Below the pieces are notes generated by a model. That model saw only the letters and a list, made by a program, of their open reading frames with translations, made no database searches and was not told the origin of the DNA. From Histomonas meleagridis 2922-C6/04-290x (Eukaryota; Protista; Parabasalia), in contig JAANOX010000078.1 of the NCBI GenBank assembly GCA_020184695.1, positions 62,001 through 126,000 on the forward strand: a stretch of DNA of 64,000 nt. The letters run 5' to 3'. Shown here piece after piece: positions 1 through 13,900 of this stretch. The position numbers and the translations under genes were made by a program. Each line of letters begins with the position of its first letter. Positions within the stretch are counted from its first letter, which is position 1.

Positions 1-1337
1 GCGGTTTCATTTTCAATTTCCTATCGAATACACAAAGTAACGAAGGGCATATCTAATGATATGCTCAATGAAAATAATTATATTTTTGTTATTATAATAT
101 ATATATTGGTTATTAATTATATTTTATTGTTATTATATACATAAATATATTATTTTATGAGATTTTTTGTTTTCATATTAATTAATAAACGTATATATTA
201 TTCAACAGTTTACAATTTTTTGTATTGATTTTGACAGGACATGCTCTTATGCATAAACGGTCGGAAATTGTACGTTAATTTCAAAAAATGAATTATTTCT
301 CAATGGATATCCAAGCAATGGTTAAATCATAAGGTCACCAATCATTAAGAAACATTAATGCTATTAATAATGATTTTTTTAAGGTAATAAGTCATTTGTA
401 TCCAAAGTTGAGGTGAAAAGTTTAAATAATTTTTTCTCAAGGTAAAATTGATTTCAAACCAATCGCCAAAATTTAACTTTAATTAATGAAGAAAAAAAAT
501 TAAGAAAATCTGCCTTTTGAGATTCTAGAAAATTTAATGGGAGTTATTATACTAATCAAATCAGTATTGCTGGAGTACAATAGTGCTTAAAGTTGTTTTT
601 AGAAATTTAAAGTGGATGAATTCTTAGTTCTTATCATAAATCTGAATAAACAATCAAGTGTTTTTGATCAAGGTGTTTATGAATAACCACAAATTTATTT
701 TTTTCAAGAATTTATAAAAAAATTGATGATTTGAGAAATTTAATTTTTTGATATTTTACCATTTGTTTCGTGAAAGCTTTTGACGATTTATATCAATTAA
801 TTGATTTTTAATGCATAATATCTTTCGAAAGGCTTTGAAATAATCAAGAAATATTATTTATCTTTCTTTAGGAAGGTAGATCATTTATCGTCCTCCTATC
901 GGTTTATATCGTTGTTCATCGTTGCCTATCGGTACGACCATGACCAAAATAAACCATACAAAAGTGGGATGTTGTCACTTTTATTTTTCAATCAATAATC
1001 ATTTCCATTTAACTTTGTTATTCATATTTTTTATGAAGATAGGTACATTGCAAACCTTAACATATATATTTCAATTTTAATTCATGCTCCATCTTTATTA
1101 TCCAGATAAATACTTTTAATAATATTGAAAAAATCAATATAAATACAATCATTATTTTTGCTTCTAAGCATTAAAATTTGCATTTCAACGGTAATTTTTT
1201 TTCTAACAAAAGCACAATCAAAAATATTATTTTGAGACTTTTTATTTACAGAACAGCAATAACAAATTATTAAATTTTTTATTAAAAGTTCAAACATTTT
1301 ATATCTTTTCTATTCTCAATACAAATTTGTATAAACC

Positions 1338-2399
1338 TCACTTAGACATATTGGCATTACATAGTCTCGGATGTCTAAAATAAGGGAAATAAAAATGAAC
1401 ATATTCATCTTTCACAGCAAACACCTTTTTTGTTCTGTTTATGATTCCAGTCACACCACCATCAGCATGATGATGTAAGAAAACAAGTTTATTCACGGGC
1501 CCATGAAAGACACCGCATTGGTTTAAGTTTTCGGGGAATATGTGTTGTTTTGGACATGGAACTAAGTCATGGAAATCATTTTTATCGATTCTTTCTGAGT
1601 CCTCTTTACTAAATGGATGACCCAAAAAGCTTAACGATGTTGCATTAATGATTGTAATGTTTAATCGAATTAAAAATTGCTTATGACAAACATCTTCGGA
1701 AACTTTGCAGTTAAATATAACATCTTCATAAATGGGAAGCATTAATTCAACCGCCTTCCGTGAATATAGAAAGCCACAGCCGCCTTGAAGATATCCTGGC
1801 GTAGAAGCATGCCGTGTGCAACAGCCAAGAATAACTTTCTCATTAAGTGGATCATATTTTTGTTCAATTGATTCATAAAATGATTCTAAATTCTTTAGGT
1901 TGACAACATTGTCATCAGAACCTCTATGAAGCCATCGATAATTAGTTTCATGTAAAAAATAAGATAGTCCAAAATATGTCTTTCGATAAATATCAATGCT
2001 TTTCCAATTATAGTTCTGGTATGGCTTGATTTTAGAGGTTATGTTTCGATAATACTCTGGAACTTTAAGATTTAATATATCTTCCTTGTTTTCTTGAACT
2101 GTCTTATTCTCTTTTTTCCAATCAAGATATAAAGCCTTATAGCCATACATTTGATTTAGATCATTAATAAAATAAGAAGACATGTGTATAGGCCTATCAC
2201 TATTTGGCATTGTAATGATAAGAAATAACATCTTATAAGACGATGTAATGTTTACAGTGCGATTTGTTTCGTTGAACTCCAAATTATTAATACTGCTTTT
2301 AATTTCTTTGTATAAATAATTGATCTTCCAAACTGCAATAAAATAGCCAATTGAAAATAAGCATTCTAATACGACATATATGTAATCCACAATTACCAT
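1338..2399 (-). CDS. Fringe/core-1 beta-1,3-galactosyltransferase-like type II membrane glycosyltransferase
   Basis: N-terminal TM, then RGSDDN (DxD-like), YLQGGCGFLYSR and SEDV motifs typical of GT31/Fringe-like enzymes. Confidence 0.62.
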   Translation of the reverse strand: MVIVDYIYVVLECLFSIGYFIAVWKINYLYKEIKSSINNLEFNETNRTVNITSSYKMLFLIITMPNSDRPIHMSSYFINDLNQMYGYKALYLDWKKENKTVQENKEDILNLKVPEYYRNITSKIKPYQNYNWKSIDIYRKTYFGLSYFLHETNYRWLHRGSDDNVVNLKNLESFYESIEQKYDPLNEKVILGCCTRHASTPGYLQGGCGFLYSRKAVELMLPIYEDVIFNCKVSEDVCHKQFLIRLNITIINATSLSFLGHPFSKEDSERIDKNDFHDLVPCPKQHIFPENLNQCGVFHGPVNKLVFLHHHADGGVTGIINRTKKVFAVKDEYVHFYFPYFRHPRLCNANMSK

Positions 2400-2869
2400 T
2401 TTTTCTTAGAACCGCTTTAATGCAGCTTTTTGGTGAACCAAAAATATTAAAGTATTGAAATTTTTTTGCTACTTAATTTCATATAACCGATTGTAAGTTG
2501 GTTTTGAAGCTAATCGGTGCGGATCGTAATTTGTGAGGGTCGTGTCTTATTAAAACATATCCGAAACATGATGATATTTGACAAAACCGGTCTAACGGAA
2601 ATGGGTGCTCAAAAATGGAAACACCAAATCCAACTTTTTGAATGGTATTTCTGTTAAAAACGATCAAAAGCAGTTCGGAATTACATTTGTTAAAACCTCG
2701 TTATGAGGTCAGCCGGTTTACAGTTTCTGAAAAGTTTGCTTGACATATACAATTTGTTGTCATTAAAACTATCTAAAATTCTCATATAAATAAATTGTTC
2801 TCATAACTTAGCTGCAAATAATAATCTGATCAGTAATGAAATTAATCCAAAAAATTGAAAACATTTTTA

Positions 2870-3811
2870 TTAATTTTCATCCTTATCTTCTTCTTCATTA
2901 ACCTTTTCCATTTCTTCGCTTGATTCTAAAAGTTCGTTTGGATCAATTTTAATTTCATTTTGGTCATCTTTAATGTTCTTTCTGAATTGGACTGTATAAT
3001 ACGTCCACTTGCAACAGCCACAAGTGAACATTAAACCAATTATAATCATTATAACAACAAAAACAATTAAAAATATGAGATACATAAAATAGTCGGAATG
3101 ATCTTCTTCTTGACTACACTGCATATCATTCTCACCAAAAATTGACGGGTGAACTGAGTAAACATTATTTGAGAAATATGGAACTTGGATATGATCACAT
3201 TGAATATCAATACCTTCTGGTTCATTAAGTGTATATTTCATATGAACCGTTTCGCTTTTTGTTATGTTTTGAATTTGAATGAAAAAATGTGAACGAGTTT
3301 GAAAATTAATTATTTTGTATGGAAAGCTTTTTGTTGATTCAGTTGATTCCGAAAACATTGAGACTTTGGATGAGCTTTTACCTTTTATAGAAAAAGAGAA
3401 ATCCATTCCTGGATCATGATTGGCGAAGAAAATGCAAATAGAATCATAATTATGACTTACGTTAAAATGATTGTTCATGAAAGAAGTCGTAGAATAAAGA
3501 AGTGAACCTGATAAACAAGTTCCTTTAGGGAAAATCCAAACATGAATTTTACAATCAATTGATACTGAAATCGTAAAATTGTGACTACCAGTTATAAAAG
3601 CAGTTGTATCACCTTCAAGAAGTCGCATAGTAAAACCGGTTTCATTAAATACTGTGATGTTTGCATCATTATCATTTTTATGACTCCAAAGAATTAGTGC
3701 TTCTTTTTTTCCTTTTTCAAGATCAACAAAAAAATTCTCGTATGCTTTTATTTCATTTTCTTTATATACAAATGATAAAGATTCAATCGCAAAACATGTA
3801 AAGAAAAACAT
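2870..3811 (-). CDS. hypothetical single-pass membrane protein
   Basis: Signal-like N-terminus, hydrophobic TM YLIFLIVFVVIMIIIGLMF followed by CGCC, and an acidic cytosolic tail. Confidence 0.7.
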   Translation of the reverse strand: MFFFTCFAIESLSFVYKENEIKAYENFFVDLEKGKKEALILWSHKNDNDANITVFNETGFTMRLLEGDTTAFITGSHNFTISVSIDCKIHVWIFPKGTCLSGSLLYSTTSFMNNHFNVSHNYDSICIFFANHDPGMDFSFSIKGKSSSKVSMFSESTESTKSFPYKIINFQTRSHFFIQIQNITKSETVHMKYTLNEPEGIDIQCDHIQVPYFSNNVYSVHPSIFGENDMQCSQEEDHSDYFMYLIFLIVFVVIMIIIGLMFTCGCCKWTYYTVQFRKNIKDDQNEIKIDPNELLESSEEMEKVNEEEDKDEN

Positions 3812-4297
3812 TTAGGATTTTTTAACGTTCGATAAAAATTGTGGAATTAACCGTTATGATATTTAATTCGTTTATAATATTGAAGTATTATGCAATTCTG
3901 TATTTCATAAATCGTATTTAGTTTAGTAAGCATTATAATTTCAAATGCAATCAATCTGGAAAATCTATATTTAAAAATTACTATTCTTTGATATCAAGAA
4001 ATTTGAAAATATTTTCCATCATTCAAATTCGCTTCTATCGGCATTTATCGGCGCCACTATCGTTCGATATAAACTATGCAAATGTCGACATTTTTGTAAC
4101 TTTTTAAAATGAAAATAATTTTTCTCGTGCTAATCATGATATTATTAGATTTATATTAATCTGAGATGCAACTATGTATAGATATTATATATTCATGATA
4201 TCAAGATCTTAGGATGATCGGTATATACGAGTTTCAGAAATTGTGAGTCAATATTATATATATGTATTAAAAGTATAGGTTATCAAATATAGCACTA

Positions 4298-4656
4298 GGG
4301 TGGGGTTAAAATATACATTTTTTGAAATTTTGTTCACCATAGAAAAAAAAACTGTGGGCAAACGTTCTCTTTATGAGCATGTTCACACATTACCCCAAAA
4401 ACATTCAAAGCACACCCTAGTAAATTTTCAGAATAACGATAAATATTTTGAATACCATTATTTCATGTGCAAGTTTGAGCCCCACATCAATGATACAATC
4501 TAAAACCCCGGCGGTGGAGTGGGCACATGTGGGTAATTTTTTATGGTCTTCAAAGAATTTCAAATTACTTCGAACAAACACTTTTAATTTGAATATTTAC
4601 CACTGGAGGGCAAAAGATTTGCCCAAAAAATTCGGTTTTGATTACAAAAACCACCC
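4298..4656. mobile_element. putative MITE with TA target duplication
   Basis: TA|GGGTGG at 4296-4303 and CCACCC|TA at 4651-4658; interior more GC-rich than flanks and non-coding; terminal inverted repeat only 6 bp perfect. Confidence 0.35.
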
Positions 4657-5301
4657 TATATAACAAAATATCGTTCTTCTCATTTTAAAAAAACTTGCTG
4701 TTGTCAATTTTAGTAGCAAAAAAATAGCTTAGATGTCATTTTGCTGCAATTAAATTTGTTAGATAAAAAATAGATGGAGCAAAATGTCAGATTATGAAGA
4801 AAAAATTATGATATGAGAAAAGGAGCTAACAAAATCATATAAATTATTGGTTTTTAGAATTTCTTCACATTTTTTGAGTTTCAAATTCTGGTGAATGCAG
4901 TTAAGAAGAAAAAAATTGATAAATATCATATGCTGAAAAAGAAAAAGAATCAAAGATTTATGAATAATAAATAAAACATTATAATTTACATGTATGTTGA
5001 AAGGATAATATCAAAATAAAATTGGATGGGAAAAAAGAATGTACATATTTGCATAAGGATATTTTTAATAAACTAGATGCAGATTTCCAACGTTAGAATC
5101 AAATGAATGAAAAATCTTTATGATCCTATTTAATCAAAACATTTTTATTTTTTAGAGTTCATATATCATCCCACTTGAATCATTTTAATCTCGCAAAATA
5201 TAAAGTTGTCAAAAAGTGGGTTTTGAAAAAGAATTCGAATTTATTGAATGGTTTACTTGAGAATTGGATGATTTTTGGGGGTTTAGGTACACAACACTCA
5301 G

Positions 5302-6660
5302 ATGAAAAATCACATGCCTAATGATGGGATTACCATAAGCACAGGAGATAAAAAGTTGGAAAATTTATCAACCTGCTTGAAATTCCTAATTAAAATTGAG
5401 AAAAATATATTTGGTTTAACTGAAGAAAACTTAGAGACGTCAGTTAAAAAAGTATTGGGAATCTTTGATTCAAATTTTCCATACACGTTTAATGTTATTA
5501 TAAGTAACTTACTTTATAGCGCATTTTCATCACTAAAGCATATGTCTGATATTTACATAATTTTTTTAAAAACACTTCAAACGAAAGAAGAAGAAATTAA
5601 TCAAAATATTGTTAAAGTAATCTCAATTTTTATCAAACGTATATTTACAAAGAACACACAAGAATCATATTATTTAATCGAGAAACTAATTGAACAAAAT
5701 TTAATTGATAAAAATATTACCAAAAATATTAAATCGAAATATTTTTCGCATTATAGAGCAAAAGAAGAAAACCAAAAACAAACCCAACTAGCAAATGGAA
5801 ATGATCCAACAGAAAAATACTTTTTGGATCATTATGAAGAACTTTCAAAGAATGATTGGGAGCTTCATAAGAAATTAATTAAAGAAGGAGCTAATCCAAA
5901 TGAAATTGCAAAAATAATTCGAAATGATGAAATAGAAAAACTTCAAGAATTATCTTCACAAAGTGATTTTGATTTTAACCAAACAATTGAGCCATCACTT
6001 TATGAAAGATGTTCTTTTATTAACAAAGAAGATGTTACATTAATTGATTATGCAGCATTTTTTTCTTCTATTAAATGTTTTAAATATTTACTTATGAATG
6101 GTTCAAATGTATTAAACACGGGTAAATATGCAGTTGCAGGTGGAAATATTGAAATCATTCATTTATGTGAACAAAATCATTCTTTATTTGATAAAGCATC
6201 TGAAACAGCAATTGAATTTCATCAAAATGATATCTTTAAATATATTTATGATAATAAATTAGAAAAAATACAATCAAAGCCAAAAACGCCTAAAGTCACA
6301 CATTATTTGATAGATCTTTGTATTCAAAAAGATAATTATGATATTTTAGCATTTTTGGAAGAAAAAGGAATTGATATTAATGCTTGTAATATAAATGAAT
6401 CAGCAATAAATGGAAATTTATATCTTGTTAAATGTTTCATGCAAAAGAATCAAATTCCAAAAAATATTTTGCCATTTGCATCAGAATCAGGAAATGTTGA
6501 ACTTGTGAAATATGTTTTAGATAAAGAAGGAATTGATATTAATGCAAAATATATTCATTTGAATAATTTGGAACAGCACTTCATATAGCAGTTAGAAATA
6601 ATAACATAGAAATAGTAAAATTACTTTTAGATAAAGAAGGAATTGATGTTAATGCAAAAA
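5302..6660 (+). CDS. DUF3447/ankyrin-repeat protein, 3' end interrupted (possibly pseudogenising)
   Basis: EPSLYERCSF, TLIDYAAFFSSIKCFKYL and AVAGGNIEIIHLCEQ motifs; ankyrin continues after a 17-nt insert (6553-6569) as GTALHIAVRNNNIEIVKLLLDKEGIDVNAK. Confidence 0.8.
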
Positions 6661-7929
6661 CTATTCATTTGAATAATTTAATATATGTTTTAATAATTTA
6701 GATCTTCACTTTCAATAAGAAATGGAAATGAAGCATATATTGCTGTTAGAATAAAGATGAATTTTTGATGATAATTTCAATGATTTTTTGATATACAACT
6801 ATCTCTGTAAGGTTATATTCCACAAGAGATATTATATTGATAAACATAAAAAATAAACCAAGAATAATAATTAAGAAAAATTATTTATTTAATTAATAGC
6901 TATTTACTTAATCATTGATCATATATAATAGTCTGTAAATAATATCAAAAAATGCTTCTCCAAAATTTCAAAATACTTTTTCGGGCTTTAGAATTAAATA
7001 CAGAAGTTCAAAGCCAATAAATATATAGAACAAATAATAGTCAATATTAACTTATATAATTTTTTTTAACAGTTTTCATACTATTTTTAAGTTATCCAAG
7101 ATTTTCATTATCTATAGATCAGAGCGAAAATTCAAAAATCTGCCTTCGTAATTTTTTATAATTTATTTGTGCTATAAATAGGAAAATTCTTGAAACAAAT
7201 TTATTCATTATTGGAGCTCCAATAATTGTCCAATTGGACAAAGAAGAAAAAATAACTTTTTGAATTCATTTTGCGGTTACAAATCCAATATTTGAATGGG
7301 TAAATCAAGATTCGTTCCTCTATCAAGTGAACGATACTCACAAAAAAGAACCACAAATTTAAACAGAAAATAAAAATATTTTAAACATTTTTTCAACAAT
7401 ACTTGTATATACTGGTTTAGATGTGGTTAATTTGTACCAATGCTTAGATGACCGTTTGTGTATTGTATCGTAAGAATTTGAATGGAAAGTGACTGAATTC
7501 AAAGGAAATTTTTAAAAAATTATTATATTTTCATAAAAATTTGTCTACTGTCATTATATGTTTAAATTTGAAATGTATTAAATACATTACAAATAATTTT
7601 AAAATTAAAAAGAAATCTATAAGAGGAAAAGTTGGTTGACAGTGTCGTGACAGTGTTGTTAACAAAATGCTGGAATTGAGAGGATCAATTCTCCCTTCGA
7701 TTTAAATAGTTACAACGTAATGTATTACACATTATTCAAACATTTCATTATTTTTTCTAAAAAGTCCCACTCAAGTATGTTTACTTAAAGTTGGGAATGC
7801 CTTTTGGGAGGTGGTAGGTTGAAGCTGGCACTTTTATTAGATAACCCAAACTTTTTGTAACGCCTGTAAAAGTTTATTTTCAACGTTTTGACACTTTTGA
7901 ATTTCATTGACACTTTTTATAGAAAGGGA

Positions 7930-10900
7930 ATGGAAGAAATTAATAACAAATTTAAAGACCTTAAAATCAATACCTTTTCATCATGGAAAAGTCAGCGAAA
8001 ATCATTAGTTTTATCACTAGGTCCATTATTATTACAATTACAAGAAAATGAAATCACAACATTATTTTCTCAAATGGAAAACGAATCCAAAGATCTTTGT
8101 GTAAATTCCCTTATAGAGAATGAGTTATTAGGATTATTAAAAATCTCTATTCTTCATTTCTTTCGAAGATCTTTTAATCAAATTACCAAACTATTCCCAT
8201 CCATTAATACCTTAATAGTAAGCACAAATCATGAAGTATGTAGGTCAGCTATAACATGTTTAAGATATTTAGCTGAAGAATCTTCAGAAAATCATTCTTT
8301 TTTAAGGGATGCTTTAGAGCAAGCCAAAGTATTTTTAAACTCTCCACAAAAGAATAGATACATTTTTAACTCGTTAACCATTTTACGAGAAGTTGGAAGA
8401 TTTTTACCAAATGATGTATTTACAGTAACAATATTAAGTTTCCAAGAATTATTTAATTCTGCATGTTCTAATGACGACACATTACGAAAAATAGCTGTCA
8501 AAGTCATTAATATTCATATTGCAAGAATTCCAAGTAATATTCAAGATCAATTTCTTAAGATGTTATTAGTTGATTGTAACACAAGGTTAAATAACAAGCC
8601 CAACCAAGATACAAAATATGGTGTTTTTTTAATTCTTCATTCATTATATAATCTTTACCCTATAATTTTTTCTGATGCTTCTATTACCCAATTAATTGGG
8701 AAACTTTTAAGTGATATTACATCTATTACACAGTATGATTTATTAATAGAAATTTATGATTTTTTAACATTAATTTCGGAAAATAAATTGTCACTTTTCA
8801 GTGCTGACACAGCCTGTGAATTATTTCAAGGGTTTACAAAGATTATATTATCAAGTCCAAAAACTCCAAAGAAATTATATATTCAATTTAATACTTTTAT
8901 AAAGATCTTTCATTCAAATCCTAAATTTCCATTACAAATTATAATTGATTATTTAAAGAGTATTACATCTAATCAATTATATTCAAAACATTACAATGAA
9001 ATTTATAAAACAGTTTTATTAATAATAAAATATTTTCCAAAATATAATATTCCAATTTCAATCTTTTCAACAACACCAATTTGTACTAATTTATTACGTT
9101 CATTACGACTTAAAACAAATTATTTAAATGAATTAAAAGAAATGTTAATAAAAAATTTTGAAAAAGGTATTAAACCTAAATCAGAAAGTAATGAACAATT
9201 ATTATCCATTAAAATGATACAAATCTTTGGGAAATTAATATTCGATATTTCTGAACAATTATATCAAAAGATATCAATTTTATGTTTTTCAACGAATGAA
9301 AAAGTCCGAATATTAATGGCGCAAATATCATCATTATTTAATACAACGGAATCAATCAATTCATTATTAAGGTTTGTTATAATGGATGAATCAAAGAATG
9401 TTCGATTAACAGCATTACAACAAATTAAACCAATTCATTTAATATCAAATCCCGATATAATTATTCAATTATTAGTCGATCCATCATATACTATACGTCG
9501 AACATCTATACCATTAATATCTGAATCCGCAAATCTTCAAAGTATTTATACTATACCTTATGTTATTACATTTACTAATGAATATTTATTATCTAAAGCT
9601 GCATCTAAAGATCCATTTTTATCAGCAAAGAATTGTTCATTATTACCAAATATAGCAAAATATTTTGCACCTTATTCTAAATCAATTATACCAATAATTG
9701 CTTGGTTATGTATTAATTTATTATCAAATGGTAAAGGTATTAATAACATTGATCCTAAAATTAAAATTGAAGATTATCATCCATTAGACTTAAAGAAAGT
9801 TATACATCGAGATTTTAATCAACAAATATTTTCATTTAAGAATAAAATATCTGAAAAGAATCCAATTAAATCACGAATTTATCAAGTTGAAAATGATAAA
9901 TGGTTTGAGAAACGTGATGAATATTTATTTCAAACATTAGGAATTTTAGCACCAAATATTATCCAATATTTATTACAAATTATACCAGTATATATTAATA
10001 CATTTGAATCGAAGACTTCAAATTCAGTATATTTATCTGCTTTAAATTCATTGACTGAAATAGTTATAGCTTCTAAAGCTCGATTTAATTTCATTATAAT
10101 ATTTCCAAAACTTTTACCAACTTTATTACAAATTTTAGCTTCAGATACTATAAATCAAAAAGTTGCTATAGCAATATTTAAATTAACAGGTGCTATGGGC
10201 GCACCTAAAAGTATACAATCAGAGAAATCTAAGATAGAAAAATCATCGAAAGATTTATTTTCATTTAAATCAGAATCATTTTTCACTAATTTTGTCTTAA
10301 AGAACTTAATTGAAATGTTAAAAGAACCTTCTCCAGCATTATTTGATGCTATTACATGTATTATAGCTAATGAAACAGAATATTCATTACCTTATTTAGA
10401 GCCTATAATTAAAGCATTTGTTAATAGTATTGAACATAATGAAAATTCAAATTCATTATTTAATCAAATAGAAATTATTATTATACATTGTGGATTTAAT
10501 ATTTATCCATTTATACCTTTATTATCGAAAGTTTTAGAAAAGAACTTTTCAAATATTAATTGTATGAATGTTTGTAGTGCATTATCATTTCATTTAAAGA
10601 TGCAATTTATTGAATGTTCATCAAAATTATATCCGAAATCATTAAAACTATTAAATAATTCGACTGATTCACGATATTTAAAATGTTTATTACAATTTAT
10701 AACATTTTCTATATTATATCAACATCAATCTATCGAATCATTTATAGAATATATTGAGAATTTATTTATAAATCCATTAGAAATTGATGAAGTTCGAACT
10801 TCATTTATATTAAAAACATTTTCAACATTAGTACAAAATATGTCAATTCGAATGTATTCACCACGTTTAGGTCGTTTATGTTTAAAGTTAATCCAATATC

Positions 10901-13900
10901 GACAATTAGGTGAATTAAATCAATTAATATATAATTTATGTTCTTTTGGTAATTTATCAATTGAATTTGTTGAAAAGAATTTAACAATTTTAAATCATCA
11001 AATTCCATTTTTAAATGAAATCCAAAACTCATTAAATAATGGAGAAATTAATATAAATGATTTAACATTTATCAAGAAAATTAAAATTAATTTAAGTACT
11101 GATCATCATATAACATTTTCACAATTATCACCTACAATTCAAAATGTATTTGAAAGTCTTCAAAGTCCAGTTTATAATAATGCACGACAATGGTTAGAAG
11201 ATTTATGTATACAATTAGTTATTAATTCACGTTCTATCTCAATTCGAGCATGTTCACAAGTCATAATGCAAAGTAAAGCATTTCGACAAGAATTATTTCC
11301 TTATGCATTTTTAGCATGTTGGAAATATGCTACTACAAATGAAAAAATTAATTTTTCAAATATCATTAAATTAATATTATGTTTTGATCATATTGATCCA
11401 CAAGCTTTAACACTTGTAGAAATAGCAGATAATGTCGGATTACCTATGTTAATTCCAGATAATGAAATAGCTAAAGCTTGTAATAGTAATGCATTATCAT
11501 TATATTATTATCAACGTTATTTACGAGATACTAAATGTGATGAAGATACAATCCAAAAGTTATTACAATTAAATTCTAAAATGGGAAGAATTGATTCTGC
11601 TCGAGGTTTATTATCATCAGTATCAAATAAATTTACACAAATAGATAAAGGGAAATGGAATCAACAATTAGGCGAATGGGATAAAGCATTAGAAATTTAT
11701 GAACAACAAAAATCGCCGAATTTAAATAATTTATTAGATTGTTATGGACATTTAGAATTATGGGATAACATTGAGAAATATTCAAATGAATTTGAAAAAA
11801 TGTCTAATGAAGATAAATCAATAAATTCAATTTGGTATGCATGGATGGAATATCATAAGAATAATTTAGATAAGGCTAAATATTATATGAATTTTTTTAA
11901 TCAAGAAGATGATACTAATACTATTTTCTTTAAATCAATATATTTAATTGTTAGTAAAAATTATAATGAAGCAGAAAAAATGATACAAAATGGATACAAA
12001 ATATTAACAAATAATTTATCAATATTTAATAGTAATGATACAAAAGAAATATCAAAGAAAATGGTCTTTGCTCAACATTTAAGAGAACTTCAAGAAGCAT
12101 TAGAAATGAAAAGAAGTAATAATACTGATATAATCGAAATATGGCAAAATCGATTATTAAATTTCTCACATGAAAGTGATGCATGGATGAAATTAATAGA
12201 AATTCGTTCTTTAGTATTAACACCAGAAGATCATTATAAGTCATATTTGAAAGCATTTTCTGTGTTAAGGAAAGAACGTAAATGGAAATTAATTGATTCA
12301 TATTGGAAACGATTTTTTTCGAATAATAATTCATTAATAGTATTAATGTCTAAATTAAAAATATTATGGAGTCGAGGATTTAAGAAGAAAGCTTTAAGTT
12401 TATTAACATCATTAAATGAATTATTACGAACTAAAACTTTAAATGAATTTGTAAATACATCAGAAAATATATCGGAAGAAGATTTAAATTATATTTATGA
12501 TTCATTAAATTTAATAGATAAAAATATTGATGTTAAATATTCATTATTTAAGAATTTTAAAGAAGAACAAAAGAATAATCAAAAGATATTTGCACGATTC
12601 TTATGTACACAAGGTAATTGGCAATATCAATTATATAAATCTTCAACTTCTTCAGCTAAAACATTAATAGAAATTAGTAAAGTATTTGAAGAATCGAATT
12701 TAATAGTATCTGATGATTATCGTACTTGGTCAGGTTGGGCTTATACTAATAGTAGAGCATTATCACATTTTGAAGATTTACGATCTAAATTTGCAATTAA
12801 TGCAATTTCTGGATTTTTAAAGGCAACACAATTACGTCCATCAGAATCATTAGAGTTTTTATGTCAAATGTTTTCTATCTTTTTTAGATATGGTGAATCA
12901 TTAAGTTTACCACAAAACATTAAGAATGATATAATATCATTATCACCATCAATTATATTACAAATTATACCACAAATAGTTGTTCATATCTCACATAAAA
13001 GTAAAAATGTTTCAGAATTTGTACGAGAAATTATTGAATCATTTGGGTCAATACATTTCCAAGCAGTAATATTCCCATTAAATGTCTTAAGTATGATAAA
13101 TGATAAAGAAATCTCTAAAATATCACAAAACATTATGGACTTATTAGGGAATAAACATCCAACGATTTATCATGAATCGAAATTATTAATCGATGGAATG
13201 TATCGATCAGCTTTAATATGGATGGAAGAATGGATGACAGCATTAGATAATGCATCACGTTATCGAAATGGTAATAATATAAATTCTAAAGAACAAATCA
13301 TCGAATTAATTCAACCGATGTTTGATAAAATGGAAAATCCGAAATGTGAATATGATCGAACATTTTTACGTATGTTTCAAGGTACACTTAAGAAATGTAA
13401 AACATTTTATGATACATATAAACAAGGTGATGAAAATATCATTAAATTAATGTGGGAAAACTTCCGAATATTTTATAATGAAATCGAACCTAAAGTAAAG
13501 AAAATGGAATCGATTCATTTGAACAAAGTATCTGAAGAATTATCAAATAAGAAATCATTTTCATTATCAATTCCAGGTACATATGATGCAGAAATTACAT
13601 CACCACAATTACAATACATTGATCCAATTTTACATGTATTAAACTCACAACAACATCCACGTTGTGTTTATATGATTGATAATGAAGGAATTAAATGGAA
13701 GTTCTTATTAAAAGGTAAAGAAGATTTACGTGTTGATCAACGAATTATGCAATCATTTGATTTAATTAATTCATTACTTAAAACTAATCGTAATACAGTC
13801 GACTTAAATGTAACAATATTAAAATATGCAATTGTACCATTTGCACCTAACGCAGGTTTAATTAGTTGGGTAACAGGTGCAGATACATTCCAACAATTAG

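Noticed and set aside
1-900. Possible decayed gene (ALMHKRSEIVR, ankyrin-like) at the window start
   Set aside because: Too fragmentary to support a call.
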